Translations under genes and position numbers: made by a program | Source of the DNA: an uncultured Acidimicrobiales bacterium | Lineage (GTDB): Bacteria > Actinomycetota > Acidimicrobiia > Acidimicrobiales > RAAP-2 | Direction: 5' to 3' | Length of the DNA: 24,000 bases | Assembly (NCBI GenBank): GCA_963806455.1 | Contig: CAWDXZ010000007.1 | Location: forward strand, 151,367 to 175,366 | The notes under the pieces: generated by a model | What the model saw: the letters and a program-made list of their open reading frames with translations, nothing else | Databases searched by the model: none | Told to the model about the DNA's origin: nothing | Shown here: positions 8,420-16,855 of the stretch, piece after piece | How the letters are laid out: every line of letters starts with the position of its first letter | How positions within the stretch are numbered: the stretch's first letter is position 1

Positions 8420-9760
8420 CTACACGCGCACGATGCGTTCGAGATCCTCGAGTTGTCGCCAGAGCTCGACGTGGGCCAGCCATCCGGCGAACTGGTCGTC
8501 CTCCGATCCGACCGGTCGTTCCTCTGTGTCGTGCTTGTGAGATGCGAGTGCGTCCCCCACCCCATCTCGCGAGACGAGGATGACTCCGAGTTGGTGGCGA
8601 CTGGTCATGACGCTGAGCCTGCCGGGCGCGAGCTCGAACATCGTGGGCTCCGGGATACCGGACAGTGTGTGCTTGGCCACCATGATCGGGCGTTGCAGGC
8701 CCTGCCAGACCTCGGCGGTGTTGGTCACCGTGTCGGGTCCAATGCCCAATCGACGGAGCCGCGACCGGACCTGCTCGTTGCTGGCAACGTGGGGATCGAC
8801 GTATCCCACATCCGCATCCGATAGCTGGCGGACACCGACCCAATCGGGTAACCGCTCGAGCATCCGCGCGATCAGGTGAGCCGAGAGTTCAGCCAGCTCG
8901 GGGTCGGACTCCGACAAGTCCCGGACCGAAGGGGGGAGCACGACGGCCACCATGCTGGCCCCCGCGGCAATGAGGTCGAGGACGGGATCGACTGGGTCAC
9001 CCATGCCCACGAGGCCGAAGGACAGACGGCGCTCCTCCGGATCCGGACCCGAGCGGAACGGTAGGTTCGGGTAGAAGGCGGGTTGGACAAGATTGACAGT
9101 GTCCTGCGGGAACCGCCATGTGGCCGGGAGGATCTCGTGCGGCAGGCCTGGGTGGCGGCGCAGCATTTCCCGGGGTGCGGCCCAATGGACCTTGTGGCGG
9201 GCAGCCTCGTAGCGTGCGAGGTCGCCACGGACCAGTGGACGCAACTGCCCAGGGTCCCCGACGAGCAAGCTCCGTGGTGCGAGGTGCAACAGCAGCATCA
9301 CGTCCTTGTAGGGCACCTGGTAGGCCTCGTCGCAGACGAGTAGGTCGAACTCGCCCTCCTCGAGCTGGGGCACCATTATCGAGGCCTTGCGCACCGTCAT
9401 TACGGTGATGGACCGATCACCGGGAAGATCGGCTGCCCGGGTGCCGAGCGTGATCTGCGGAGCACCGACAAACTCGGGTGGTGGTGGTCGCTCGGCCGAG
9501 TGGATGAGGGTGATGGGCACGGGGTAATCCCTGGCAAGTCGTCGGACGAGGTCGTAGACCTGCTCGTTCTGGAACGCAACGACGAGCGCCCTCGAACCTC
9601 CATCGGCGGCAACGGCGGCAACCATTTCCACCAAGTCGGTCTTCCCGGCGCCTGGGGGGCTGTCAACCACAACGGCATGGTGGTTCTCATGCAGCACGAG
9701 TTCGAGGATGCGGCGGCGAGCGTCCTCGTCCGCCTGGGCGATGGTCGGGGCGTCGATCAT
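8420..9760 (-). CDS. SF1 helicase-like ATPase (DNA2/Upf1- or RecD-like core, about 446 aa)
   Basis: Intact 446-aa ORF. Walker A SPPGAGKT (GAGKT at 9638-9652), Walker B/motif II LLVCDEAYQ, motif III VGDPGQL, then WRFP, QGLQRP and TSRH near the C-terminus. The ATG overlaps the upstream stop (ATGA, 9757-9760). It is the last gene of a four-gene operon. Confidence 0.85.
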   Translation of the reverse strand: MIDAPTIAQADEDARRRILELVLHENHHAVVVDSPPGAGKTDLVEMVAAVAADGGSRALVVAFQNEQVYDLVRRLARDYPVPITLIHSAERPPPPEFVGAPQITLGTRAADLPGDRSITVMTVRKASIMVPQLEEGEFDLLVCDEAYQVPYKDVMLLLHLAPRSLLVGDPGQLRPLVRGDLARYEAARHKVHWAAPREMLRRHPGLPHEILPATWRFPQDTVNLVQPAFYPNLPFRSGPDPEERRLSFGLVGMGDPVDPVLDLIAAGASMVAVVLPPSVRDLSESDPELAELSAHLIARMLERLPDWVGVRQLSDADVGYVDPHVASNEQVRSRLRRLGIGPDTVTNTAEVWQGLQRPIMVAKHTLSGIPEPTMFELAPGRLSVMTSRHQLGVILVSRDGVGDALASHKHDTEERPVGSEDDQFAGWLAHVELWRQLEDLERIVRV

Positions 9761-11169
9761 GGGCGTCGAAGCCTCCGTGCGCGGGCTAGGAGGTCGTCGG
9801 CAGGTGGTGGTACAGCCGGTTGCGGCGGCAGATCGTCCGCGAAGACGAGCGGCGTGTTGGCCGTCTGCATGGTTCGTCGGGCTCTGCCCATCTGCACACT
9901 GAAGTCAATGGGTGAGCTGTCGGTGAGCTCCAGGTCCATCCCCAACCTCCAACGATCGACGGTGCGGACCCCCGTCGAGACGTCGAAGGTCAAGAGCCGG
10001 TCGTCGCCGTCCTCGTTCTCGTCGATCAGGCGCAGATCGACGCTGTCCGTGATGGCGTGGAGCCGAGTGCCACGGCGGAGACGGAGCACTGGCTGGTCGG
10101 TACGGACGACCACGCTGCAGGGTCGGAACTTGGGCCGCCTGCCCCAGGTCACCGACTCGAGCGTGCCGGCGACGATCCGACCCTTGGAGCGGGCTACGCG
10201 ACGGGCGAAGCCGTCACCTCGGACGACGACATCCTCGGCCACATCGGCCGCATGCTCATTCTCGTCGACCATCCGGGCGAGAGCGGGCGCCCGGCTGGGG
10301 GGCGCCACCGGATTGGTGATCCGGTAGGCGAGCCGCTCCTTGCTCGCGGCGACGAGGGTCTCGATGCCAGGGAGTGGGGTGAGCGGCAGATCGAAGATGG
10401 CCCGGCGACACGCCATTAGCAGGTCCCACTCCGCTCGCGCCCCGCCACGCAGGAGCTCCTCGATCTCGGCCCGCGCTCGGGCAGCGGCCGCGTCGCGGCC
10501 TTTTGCGGTCCGCCGGAGTGCCTCGACGCGGTCGTCCACTTCACGCACGAGGACCCCACTGGCCGGCACGAGAGCACGCGCCTGGGCGGTCTCGAGGGCC
10601 GTACGGCCGTCGTCGGGCTCGACCCAGGCCAAGAGCGCCCCGAGGTGACCGTCCTCGACAGGTGACTGACCCGTGACCACGTGCTCACGCAGCACGTCGG
10701 CGCCCACCGCGACGGCTTGTTGGCCCTCGAAGCGAGCCTCCGTGGCGATGGTGATGCAGTGCCGACCCAGGGTACGCAGCTCCTCGGAGGCCTCACGGTT
10801 GGTCCGATAGCGGTGACCGAAGACCTCCATCAGGCTGAGGGCGCTCCCGTGGGGCAACCACACCCGGGGGAGTTCGTCGGCCGTGACCTGGTCGCGTAGG
10901 TACTGATCGAGCGAGACGGCCATGCGCTCGAGGCCCTCGACGTCGCGCGACAGCGGGTTCCAGCGCACCACCACGTCCGGCTCCTCACCGATGACACCGA
11001 AGGCGACAGACTGGAGGACTTCCTCGCTCACCATCTTGATCGGCGCGATCCCGAAAGCACGCGGGGGATCGTCGGCCAACCGGCGCGTCTCGACGACGGG
11101 CACGGCGCGGTCCTCTCGTCGGGCCACGAGGCGGGCCACCACGGTGGCGGTCTGGAGGGCCGAGGTCAT
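9757..11169 (-). CDS. hypothetical protein (470 aa), third gene of the nuclease-helicase cassette
   Basis: Intact ORF with ATGA overlaps at both ends (11166-11169 and 9757-9760). Codon usage matches its neighbours. I could recognise no catalytic or nucleotide-binding motif. It has a central Ala/Arg-rich helical-looking stretch (RRTAKGRDAAAARARAEIEELLRGG). Confidence 0.75.
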   Translation of the reverse strand: MTSALQTATVVARLVARREDRAVPVVETRRLADDPPRAFGIAPIKMVSEEVLQSVAFGVIGEEPDVVVRWNPLSRDVEGLERMAVSLDQYLRDQVTADELPRVWLPHGSALSLMEVFGHRYRTNREASEELRTLGRHCITIATEARFEGQQAVAVGADVLREHVVTGQSPVEDGHLGALLAWVEPDDGRTALETAQARALVPASGVLVREVDDRVEALRRTAKGRDAAAARARAEIEELLRGGARAEWDLLMACRRAIFDLPLTPLPGIETLVAASKERLAYRITNPVAPPSRAPALARMVDENEHAADVAEDVVVRGDGFARRVARSKGRIVAGTLESVTWGRRPKFRPCSVVVRTDQPVLRLRRGTRLHAITDSVDLRLIDENEDGDDRLLTFDVSTGVRTVDRWRLGMDLELTDSSPIDFSVQMGRARRTMQTANTPLVFADDLPPQPAVPPPADDLLARARRLRRP

Positions 11170-12236
11170 GCCAGTCGCCGCCGGAGTTCGACGGGCTGGA
11201 TCCCGACCAGGGGCGCCGCTTCCAACAGGGAACCGAGCAGGGCCTCCTCGTCATCGGTGGCCGGCTCGACCTCGCCCACGACCAGGGCTCGGACGTAGTC
11301 GAGATCCATTCCAGAGAGGAGCCGGCTGGCGGTGTCGCCGAGGAGGGCGGGCGTCTGGCCCGAGCGCTCGAAGCAGTGGGCGGCCATGACGCAGGACTGG
11401 TGGCAACCCTCGGTGGGGTGGATGGCCAGGTCGTCGACCAGGTTGGCCAGGTTCCCGCCCCCTTCGCGCTCGAGTTCGTCGAGGCGCTGGCGGACCCGAT
11501 CGATGACCTCGAGTGCTCGTCGGAGCTCCAGGATGGCACCGTCGAGGGCCTCCTCAGGCGGGTCGGCGGCCCGCAGGCCGAACGGGGTTGCCATCACGAA
11601 GATGGCCGTGTTCGAGACCCGGTCGCCAAGCCCGACCAACGTCGCCTCGGCTCGGAAGGCCAGGATCTGGGCGGCGGCCTGCCGGCGGGTCAGATCGAGG
11701 TCGGCCGGGTCGGCGATGTTGTCGCGGACGATGAAGGACTTCTCCTCACCGGGCTTGAAGAAGCCGGTCCGAGGATCGAGGACGGCGAAATCCGGGCTGA
11801 CGTACTCGAAGCAGCCCGGCGAGCCGGTCGGGAGGCACAGTTGCGGCTGGATCACGATGTCGGGCACCGCCCGACCGTGCGCCAGGTCGTCGAGGACCCG
11901 CCGGGTCCTGGTCAGCCGGACGGCACGCATGGTGTTGACCGGCCCCGGCACCTCGTCGGCGAAGTTACGAACCACCATCGTGTCGGGATCGCGCCCGACC
12001 AGCGGGCCGATGACGCGACGCAGCTCGGCGGCGTTGTTCTCGTGCAGGTGGGATTCGAACTTCGAGCCGCGACGGCGGGCGGCCACCCGTTCGCCGTATT
12101 CCTTCGGGTACTCCTCACCGGTGACGGCCCGGTAGAAATCGGGCTCGCGTACCCGTCGGACGGCCATGGCGGCCTGCAGGTCGCATTCGGGGTTCTTCGA
12201 GACCCTCACCAGGCCGCGGGTTCCTGAGAGGGTCAC
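11166..12236 (-). CDS. Cas4/RecB-like PD-(D/E)XK nuclease with putative 4-Cys (Fe-S) cluster
   Basis: GTG at 12236 overlaps the upstream stop (GTGA, 12233-12236), giving a 356-aa product. The longer 413-aa ORF in the track is an Arg/Pro-rich 5' extension. Nuclease motifs are GSKFE, SPD(149)FAVLD, GE(164)EK(166)SF (11739-11747) and RRQAAAQILAF (QxxxY-like). Cys18 plus C278-x3-C282-x5-C288 (11373-11405) mimic the Cas4/AddB cluster layout. Confidence 0.7.
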   Translation of the reverse strand: MTLSGTRGLVRVSKNPECDLQAAMAVRRVREPDFYRAVTGEEYPKEYGERVAARRRGSKFESHLHENNAAELRRVIGPLVGRDPDTMVVRNFADEVPGPVNTMRAVRLTRTRRVLDDLAHGRAVPDIVIQPQLCLPTGSPGCFEYVSPDFAVLDPRTGFFKPGEEKSFIVRDNIADPADLDLTRRQAAAQILAFRAEATLVGLGDRVSNTAIFVMATPFGLRAADPPEEALDGAILELRRALEVIDRVRQRLDELEREGGGNLANLVDDLAIHPTEGCHQSCVMAAHCFERSGQTPALLGDTASRLLSGMDLDYVRALVVGEVEPATDDEEALLGSLLEAAPLVGIQPVELRRRLA

Positions 12237-13003
12237 GACCCCGTCGCCTTTTCGCCCGGGGGGAGCAGGATCAGCGTCGAATCGGGGACGCCGAAGAGTC
12301 GACCGTGGTCGTCGAGACGTGCTGAGAGCTGGTCGGCGGCGACCTCGCGGTTGGTGCGATCCGTGGGCAGGAGCTCGTCGAGGAGCATCTCGGCAGCCAG
12401 GCGCCAAGTCTCGAGATCGAACTTGCCACGGCGCACCTCGAGGCCCGGCACGTCGCGGGCGTGGTCGGCGGCGAGGATGGCCATCATCTCGGGATCGACG
12501 ACGCGCTCATTGCCGCCGGCGATCCGACACAGGGCTGCCGTCATGTGGAGGTGCTGCACCCTCCCGGTCGTCGGCGCCACGACCCGCTCGGAGAGTGGCC
12601 AATCAGAACGCCCCCACAGGCGTTTGATCGCCTCCCCCCGGTCAGCCACCAGACCGTGACAAAGCCATACCGGCCGATGCCGGCCCTTGCCGAAAGCCGA
12701 AGCCTCGTCGTTGCTGAGAGATCCGAAACGGGTGGAGCTCAACTTGCGGCCGTAACGGGCTTGGGCGAAGAGCGCGAGCTCCCGCGAGAAGGCCATGGTC
12801 CCGAGGTCGGCGAGACTGTCGAGTAGGAGGTTCCGAACGGGAACCTGCCGCTTGGTTCCTCTGGCTGGCTCGTTCGGGCCTGCTGGAGCACTCGCCCTTC
12901 CGGACCCCGAGGCAAGGCGGGCGTCGATCTCCGCCAATTGTTGCGCCAGGCGGGCCCTCTCCCTCTCGAGCTCGACTTTCTCTTCATTGGCGAACTTGTC
13001 CAT
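12233..13003 (-). CDS. hypothetical protein (256 aa), first gene of the nuclease-helicase cassette
   Basis: Intact ORF starting at ATG 13003 with no Shine-Dalgarno sequence. The N-terminus looks coiled-coil (EEKVELERERARLAQQLAEIDARL), followed by a Gly/Pro/Ala linker and a roughly 190-aa domain with no motif I recognise. Its stop is coupled to the nuclease start. Confidence 0.7.
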   Translation of the reverse strand: MDKFANEEKVELERERARLAQQLAEIDARLASGSGRASAPAGPNEPARGTKRQVPVRNLLLDSLADLGTMAFSRELALFAQARYGRKLSSTRFGSLSNDEASAFGKGRHRPVWLCHGLVADRGEAIKRLWGRSDWPLSERVVAPTTGRVQHLHMTAALCRIAGGNERVVDPEMMAILAADHARDVPGLEVRRGKFDLETWRLAAEMLLDELLPTDRTNREVAADQLSARLDDHGRLFGVPDSTLILLPPGEKATGS

Positions 13004-13009
13004 TCACAA

Positions 13010-13038
13010 AATCTATCAAGTTCAATAGCCTACGGCAA
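13010..13038 (-). promoter_or_regulatory. candidate sigma-70-type promoter giving a leaderless transcript of the four-gene cassette
   Basis: The minus strand reads TTGCCG (13033-13038), then 17 nt, then TAGATT (13010-13015), then 6 nt, then ATG (13003). There is no SD. The geometry fits actinobacterial leaderless mRNAs. This is pattern-based only. Confidence 0.33.
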
Positions 13039-13183
13039 TAGGTTTCTATAAGGCGTTGCGACGTTCGACGGTGAATGAGCGGCGAGCGATCCCCGCAACG
13101 CCGCTGACCAGGTCGGACGCTCACCTGCTGACCGGAACGTGCGTCTGCGCTCCGGGAGTTACACCCGTGTAGTTTGTCGACCA

Positions 13184-14337
13184 ATGGGAACGGGCTGGAG
13201 AGTGGCGGGGCTATTCGCGGGTATCGGCGGGATCGAGCTCGGACTGGAGCGAGCAGGGATGCATACCAAGGTGCTCTGCGAGCGCTGGGAGCCGGCCCGT
13301 GCCGTCCTCGAACACAGGTTCCCCGGCGTCCGACTGACCAACGACGTTCGTGAGCTGAAGAAGCTCCCAGCCGTGGATCTCGTGGCCGCCGGCTTCCGTG
13401 TACGGATCTCTCGCAAGCCGGACAGATGAAAGGCATCACCGGAGCGGCATCCGGACTGGTCGGAGAGGTCTTCCGGCTACTCGAGGGCCGACGAGTGCCG
13501 TGGGTCCTCCTGGAGAACGTTCGCAACATGCTGGTTCTCGATGGTGGCAGAGCGATGAGCTTCCTCGTCTCGGAGCTGGAGGCGCTCGGCTATCGCTGGG
13601 CGTACCGTCTAGTCGACTCGCGCTTCACGGGGGTCCCGCAGCGCAGGCAACGGGTGATCCTCGTTGCGACGACCGAAGGCGACCCCCGAGAAGTGCTCTT
13701 CGCCGACGACGCCGGGGATCCTGGCGACTCATGGTTCGAGTCGGACGTCCACGGCTTCTACTGGACGGAGGGCCTCAAGGGTCTGGGTTGGGCTCGTGAC
13801 GCGGTCCCCACGCTGAAGGGGGGATCGACGATCGGGATCCCCTCGCCACCGGCCATCTGGAACCCCCACGCACCCGCTGGCCAGCGGATCATCGTCCCTT
13901 CGGTGACTGAGGCCGAGCAGATGCAGGGCTTCGAGGTGGGATGGACGGCGCCATCGGACTTGGTCTCGGGCCGCAAAGGGACGCGTTGGAAGCTCGTGGG
14001 GAATGCGGTGACCGTCGGGGTCTCCGAATGGGTCGGGGATCGACTTCGGTCACCGGGTCGTTTCGAGGGACAGGCCCGACCGCTCGATGGATCCGATCCG
14101 TGGCCGAAGGCGGCATGGGGCGTCAACGGCGAACGGTGGGCGGTCGAGGTGTCCATGTGGCCGACCAACGAGCCGTATCGCCATCTCGGAGACGTCGTCG
14201 ACCTGGACGACGTGGTGCCACTGTCCCTGCGGGCCGCTGCGGGGTTCTACGAGCGGGCTATGCGCAGCTCACTGCGGTTCGACGAGCGATTCCTGGACGA
14301 CGTCGCCTCCCACATCGACGTCGTGACGGCGGCCTGA
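13184..14337 (+). pseudogene. DNA (cytosine-5)-methyltransferase; single frame break inside the catalytic PC motif
   Basis: Motif I LFAGIGGIELGL. In frame 2 the protein reads VAAGF and then runs off. Frame 1 reads PCTDLSQAG..., then ENV, QRRQRV and GNAVTVGV. GGCTTCCGTGT at 13391-13401 lacks one C of the expected GFPC codons, so the break is at about 13396. The start is ATG 13184 or GTG 13139. Confidence 0.85.
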
Positions 14338-14790
14338 GGACCTCGATCGGACAGCCGCCTCCACCCGTTCGGCAGCAGCACTCGGCATTTCGTGTTCCCA
14401 GACCCGGACGACCAGCCACCCCGCCGTATCCAATTCAATGTCGGTGTCCCGGTCCCGCCGCACGTTCGCCTCGAGCTTGTCGATCCACCAGGCCCGGTTG
14501 GCCTTGGGGACGGTCCCGTGTTCGGGGCACCGGTGCCAGAAACAGCCGTCGACGAAGACGGCCACCCTGGATCGAGGGAATGCAATGTCGACCCGGCGTC
14601 GCCGCCCGGTGATCCCGATGTCCACCCGGTAACGCAGCCCCCTCGCCCACAGCTCGGAGCGAAGAGCCCGTTCGGGCAATGTGTCCCGGCGCCGCTGGGT
14701 CTTCATCCTGCGTTCGGTATCGGGACTGGAGGCGCTCGGGCGACTGCGCTGCCTCGCTTCTCGTGATCCCATCCCTCGGTCGCGTTCCAT
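14269..14790 (-). CDS. vsr: very-short-patch repair endonuclease
   Basis: DTLPERALRSELWARGLRYR...VDIAFPRSRVAVFVDGCFWHRCPEHG...NRAWWIDKLEANVRRDRD...GWLVVRVWEHE matches the Vsr family by eye. I place the start at ATG 14790 because the ORF's upstream extension looks spurious. Its 3' end overlaps the convergent C5-MTase gene by 69 nt. Confidence 0.85.
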   Translation of the reverse strand: MERDRGMGSREARQRSRPSASSPDTERRMKTQRRRDTLPERALRSELWARGLRYRVDIGITGRRRRVDIAFPRSRVAVFVDGCFWHRCPEHGTVPKANRAWWIDKLEANVRRDRDTDIELDTAGWLVVRVWEHEMPSAAAERVEAAVRSRSSGRRHDVDVGGDVVQESLVEPQ

Positions 14791-14880
14791 CCTTTCGTAG
14801 TCTCTCGCGGTGGAGGTCCTTCGCAGGAGGAACGACGAGGTCGTGGCCAGCGCTAACGTCTCCAACGACTGGGTGGCCGC

Positions 14881-15741
14881 ATGATGGACGGTCCCCGGGT
14901 TCTCTGCAGGACGATGACGGTGCCCTCCATCACTGACGAGCACGGGAACTCATGGCAGTACCACTCCCGCAGTGACCGGCACTCGAAGGTGGCGTGCTGG
15001 GCGACATTGTTCGACCTCCTCCAGCAGTCGGCACTGCTCCGTCGTCATGTCGAGAACGGCACGGTCGCCTTCGGCGTGAACCACGGGTTCACCGACTTCC
15101 GAACCCGCCGAAAGAAGAAGCTCGACTTGGTGATCCACCGACCTGGCACCCAGATCGGGATCAAGAGCGGTCGGTCTTTCGGCGAGCTGGGTCAGGGTCT
15201 CTCCGTCGAGCTCCACAGAGACGAACAAGCGCGCTTGGACTCACTTCCCGATCTCGTGGAAGCGCCAGTGGGTTCGGTCCTGATGGCACTTGAGGCGAAG
15301 GCTTGTATGACCAAGCATCGTGGGTCGGGCCCTCGTCTCTACGACGAACTCAACAGTTCTCACCTGACCGTGCACGGGGCGGCCGACCAGGCCATAGCGG
15401 TCGCCTTCGTCATGATCAACGAAGCCGACTCCTTCGTGAGCCCGGACTCCAATCGACGATCACTCGGAGCCGACGATCCACCGCCCAAGGTCACTCTGCT
15501 GCGACAGCCAAAGGCAACCGAGTTCGTCGTCGCAAAGGTTGGCGAGCTGCCCACCAGGACGAGGCCAGGACACGAAGGCTACGACGCGATCGGGATCGTC
15601 GTGGTCGAGTGTCGTAACGACGGGAGTGAAATCACCGTCGTCACGGGTCCTCCCGCACCGGCGCCCAACGACCTGTTCTCCTACGAATCGATGATCCGGC
15701 GGATCGTCCATCAGTACGACTTCCTCAACTCAAATCTCTAG
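14881..15741 (+). CDS. putative type II restriction endonuclease (PD-(D/E)XK)
   Basis: Intact 286-aa ORF divergent from vsr. It has a textbook PD-x13-EAK motif: SLPD(124)LVEAPVGSVLMALE(138)AK(140) at 15247-15300. It is an orphan sequence next to the C5-MTase and Vsr. The start is ATG 14881 or 14914. The function is inferred from motif and context only. Confidence 0.55.
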   Translation: MMDGPRVLCRTMTVPSITDEHGNSWQYHSRSDRHSKVACWATLFDLLQQSALLRRHVENGTVAFGVNHGFTDFRTRRKKKLDLVIHRPGTQIGIKSGRSFGELGQGLSVELHRDEQARLDSLPDLVEAPVGSVLMALEAKACMTKHRGSGPRLYDELNSSHLTVHGAADQAIAVAFVMINEADSFVSPDSNRRSLGADDPPPKVTLLRQPKATEFVVAKVGELPTRTRPGHEGYDAIGIVVVECRNDGSEITVVTGPPAPAPNDLFSYESMIRRIVHQYDFLNSNL

Positions 15742-16003
15742 TCCTGGCGTTGACGCGCTCGTTCCTCCTTCTCCTCGAACTGAAAGAGGGCTGGCTCGGG
15801 CCGACTGCGGCCTGCGCCTTCGTCTAGCTGCCCCGTTGGGTCATTAGGGCGGCTACGGCGAGACTTCGACCACCTCGGCCGCCATCGGCATCCTCAGCCT
15901 GAGCCTTCCGCCATGTTGGTTTGAGCCCTGTGGATGCCGGCAGCTGATCCAAGCATCAGGATTTCGTGATCGTCCAGTTGCTGATCTCAGTCCGAGCGTC
16001 CTT

Positions 16004-16855
16004 TCATTGCGCTTCAATAGGTTGGTTAGCAATCCCAAGAATCACCTCTGGCTGTGTATGGACACCATGAGCGACAACCGTCGATACCCTGGAACTCGCT
16101 GACATTCCCGGTTTGGCGAATGTCAACGTGACGGCGTTGGAACTGTCTGGGCAGACTGACGCAAGTTGCTGACCGAGATCCGTCGCGAATGAGATCTCTG
16201 CGGCACATCCGTATGCGGCAGGGAGTGTGCTTGGCCACAACCATGTGTGTGTAAGACGCATCGCCTGAAGCCAAGCCGCGGTCTCCGCTTCAGTGAGCTC
16301 CACAACGGCCTGAGAAATCTGCGACATTCCGGTTGGATGCTTGACCTGCCTGACCGTCGTGATCGTCCCACTGGGTGTGAAGATCAGCTGGAAGTCACCG
16401 TTGAAGAGGTCGTATCTCTGGGTGCCGGTGATCACTACATGGTTCTTGAGGAGCGTGGCGGCATACGCCTCGCGATTGCCATCCACCAGGAAGATCTCAG
16501 CCTCGCCACTGCTGGTCGTGATCGCCAGACTCATGGCACGCCCGGACTCCGAGCCGACATCGTAAGCCACTGTCTGTCCATTTGGCTCCACTACGACTTC
16601 TGGTGGTCCCCAACATCCGGCGAAGCCTCCGCCCACCCCGGTACCGGGGCCCACCCATACCCTCACAAACCCGTCATAGATCTTGCCCTCAGTTCCGTAA
16701 CCGGGCTGCTGTGACACTTCTTTGCCACAGATCGCGTAGTACCCGCTCGAGCCAAGTGATTCGGGAGAGGGATTGGGAGCGAGTTGCGGGAACATGACGA
16801 TGGGCGCGGAGGCCGAATGTACCGAAGGCGCCGGTTCTGTGAATACAGCTGTCAC
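16004..16855 (-). CDS. hypothetical protein (283 aa)
   Basis: Intact ORF in an AT-richer segment. GTG 16855 overlaps the stop of the upstream membrane-protein gene (GTGA 16852-16855). No signal peptide or recognisable motif. Confidence 0.6.
   Translation of the reverse strand: MTAVFTEPAPSVHSASAPIVMFPQLAPNPSPESLGSSGYYAICGKEVSQQPGYGTEGKIYDGFVRVWVGPGTGVGGGFAGCWGPPEVVVEPNGQTVAYDVGSESGRAMSLAITTSSGEAEIFLVDGNREAYAATLLKNHVVITGTQRYDLFNGDFQLIFTPSGTITTVRQVKHPTGMSQISQAVVELTEAETAAWLQAMRLTHTWLWPSTLPAAYGCAAEISFATDLGQQLASVCPDSSNAVTLTFAKPGMSASSRVSTVVAHGVHTQPEVILGIANQPIEAQ

Noticed and set aside
8161-8583. 140-aa + strand ORF downstream of the helicase gene
   Set aside because: Its 3' half is antisense to the helicase C-terminus. 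Its 5' half lies in the degenerate spacer. It has no motifs or SD.
11166-12407. Full 413-aa version of the nuclease ORF
   Set aside because: The first 57 codons (MAPGCRDAPRRAPAHGSHQPRGRRRP...) are low-complexity and overlap the 3' end of the upstream gene by 170 nt. A GTG at 12236 forms the same GTGA stop/start overlap seen elsewhere in the operon, so I used the shorter model.
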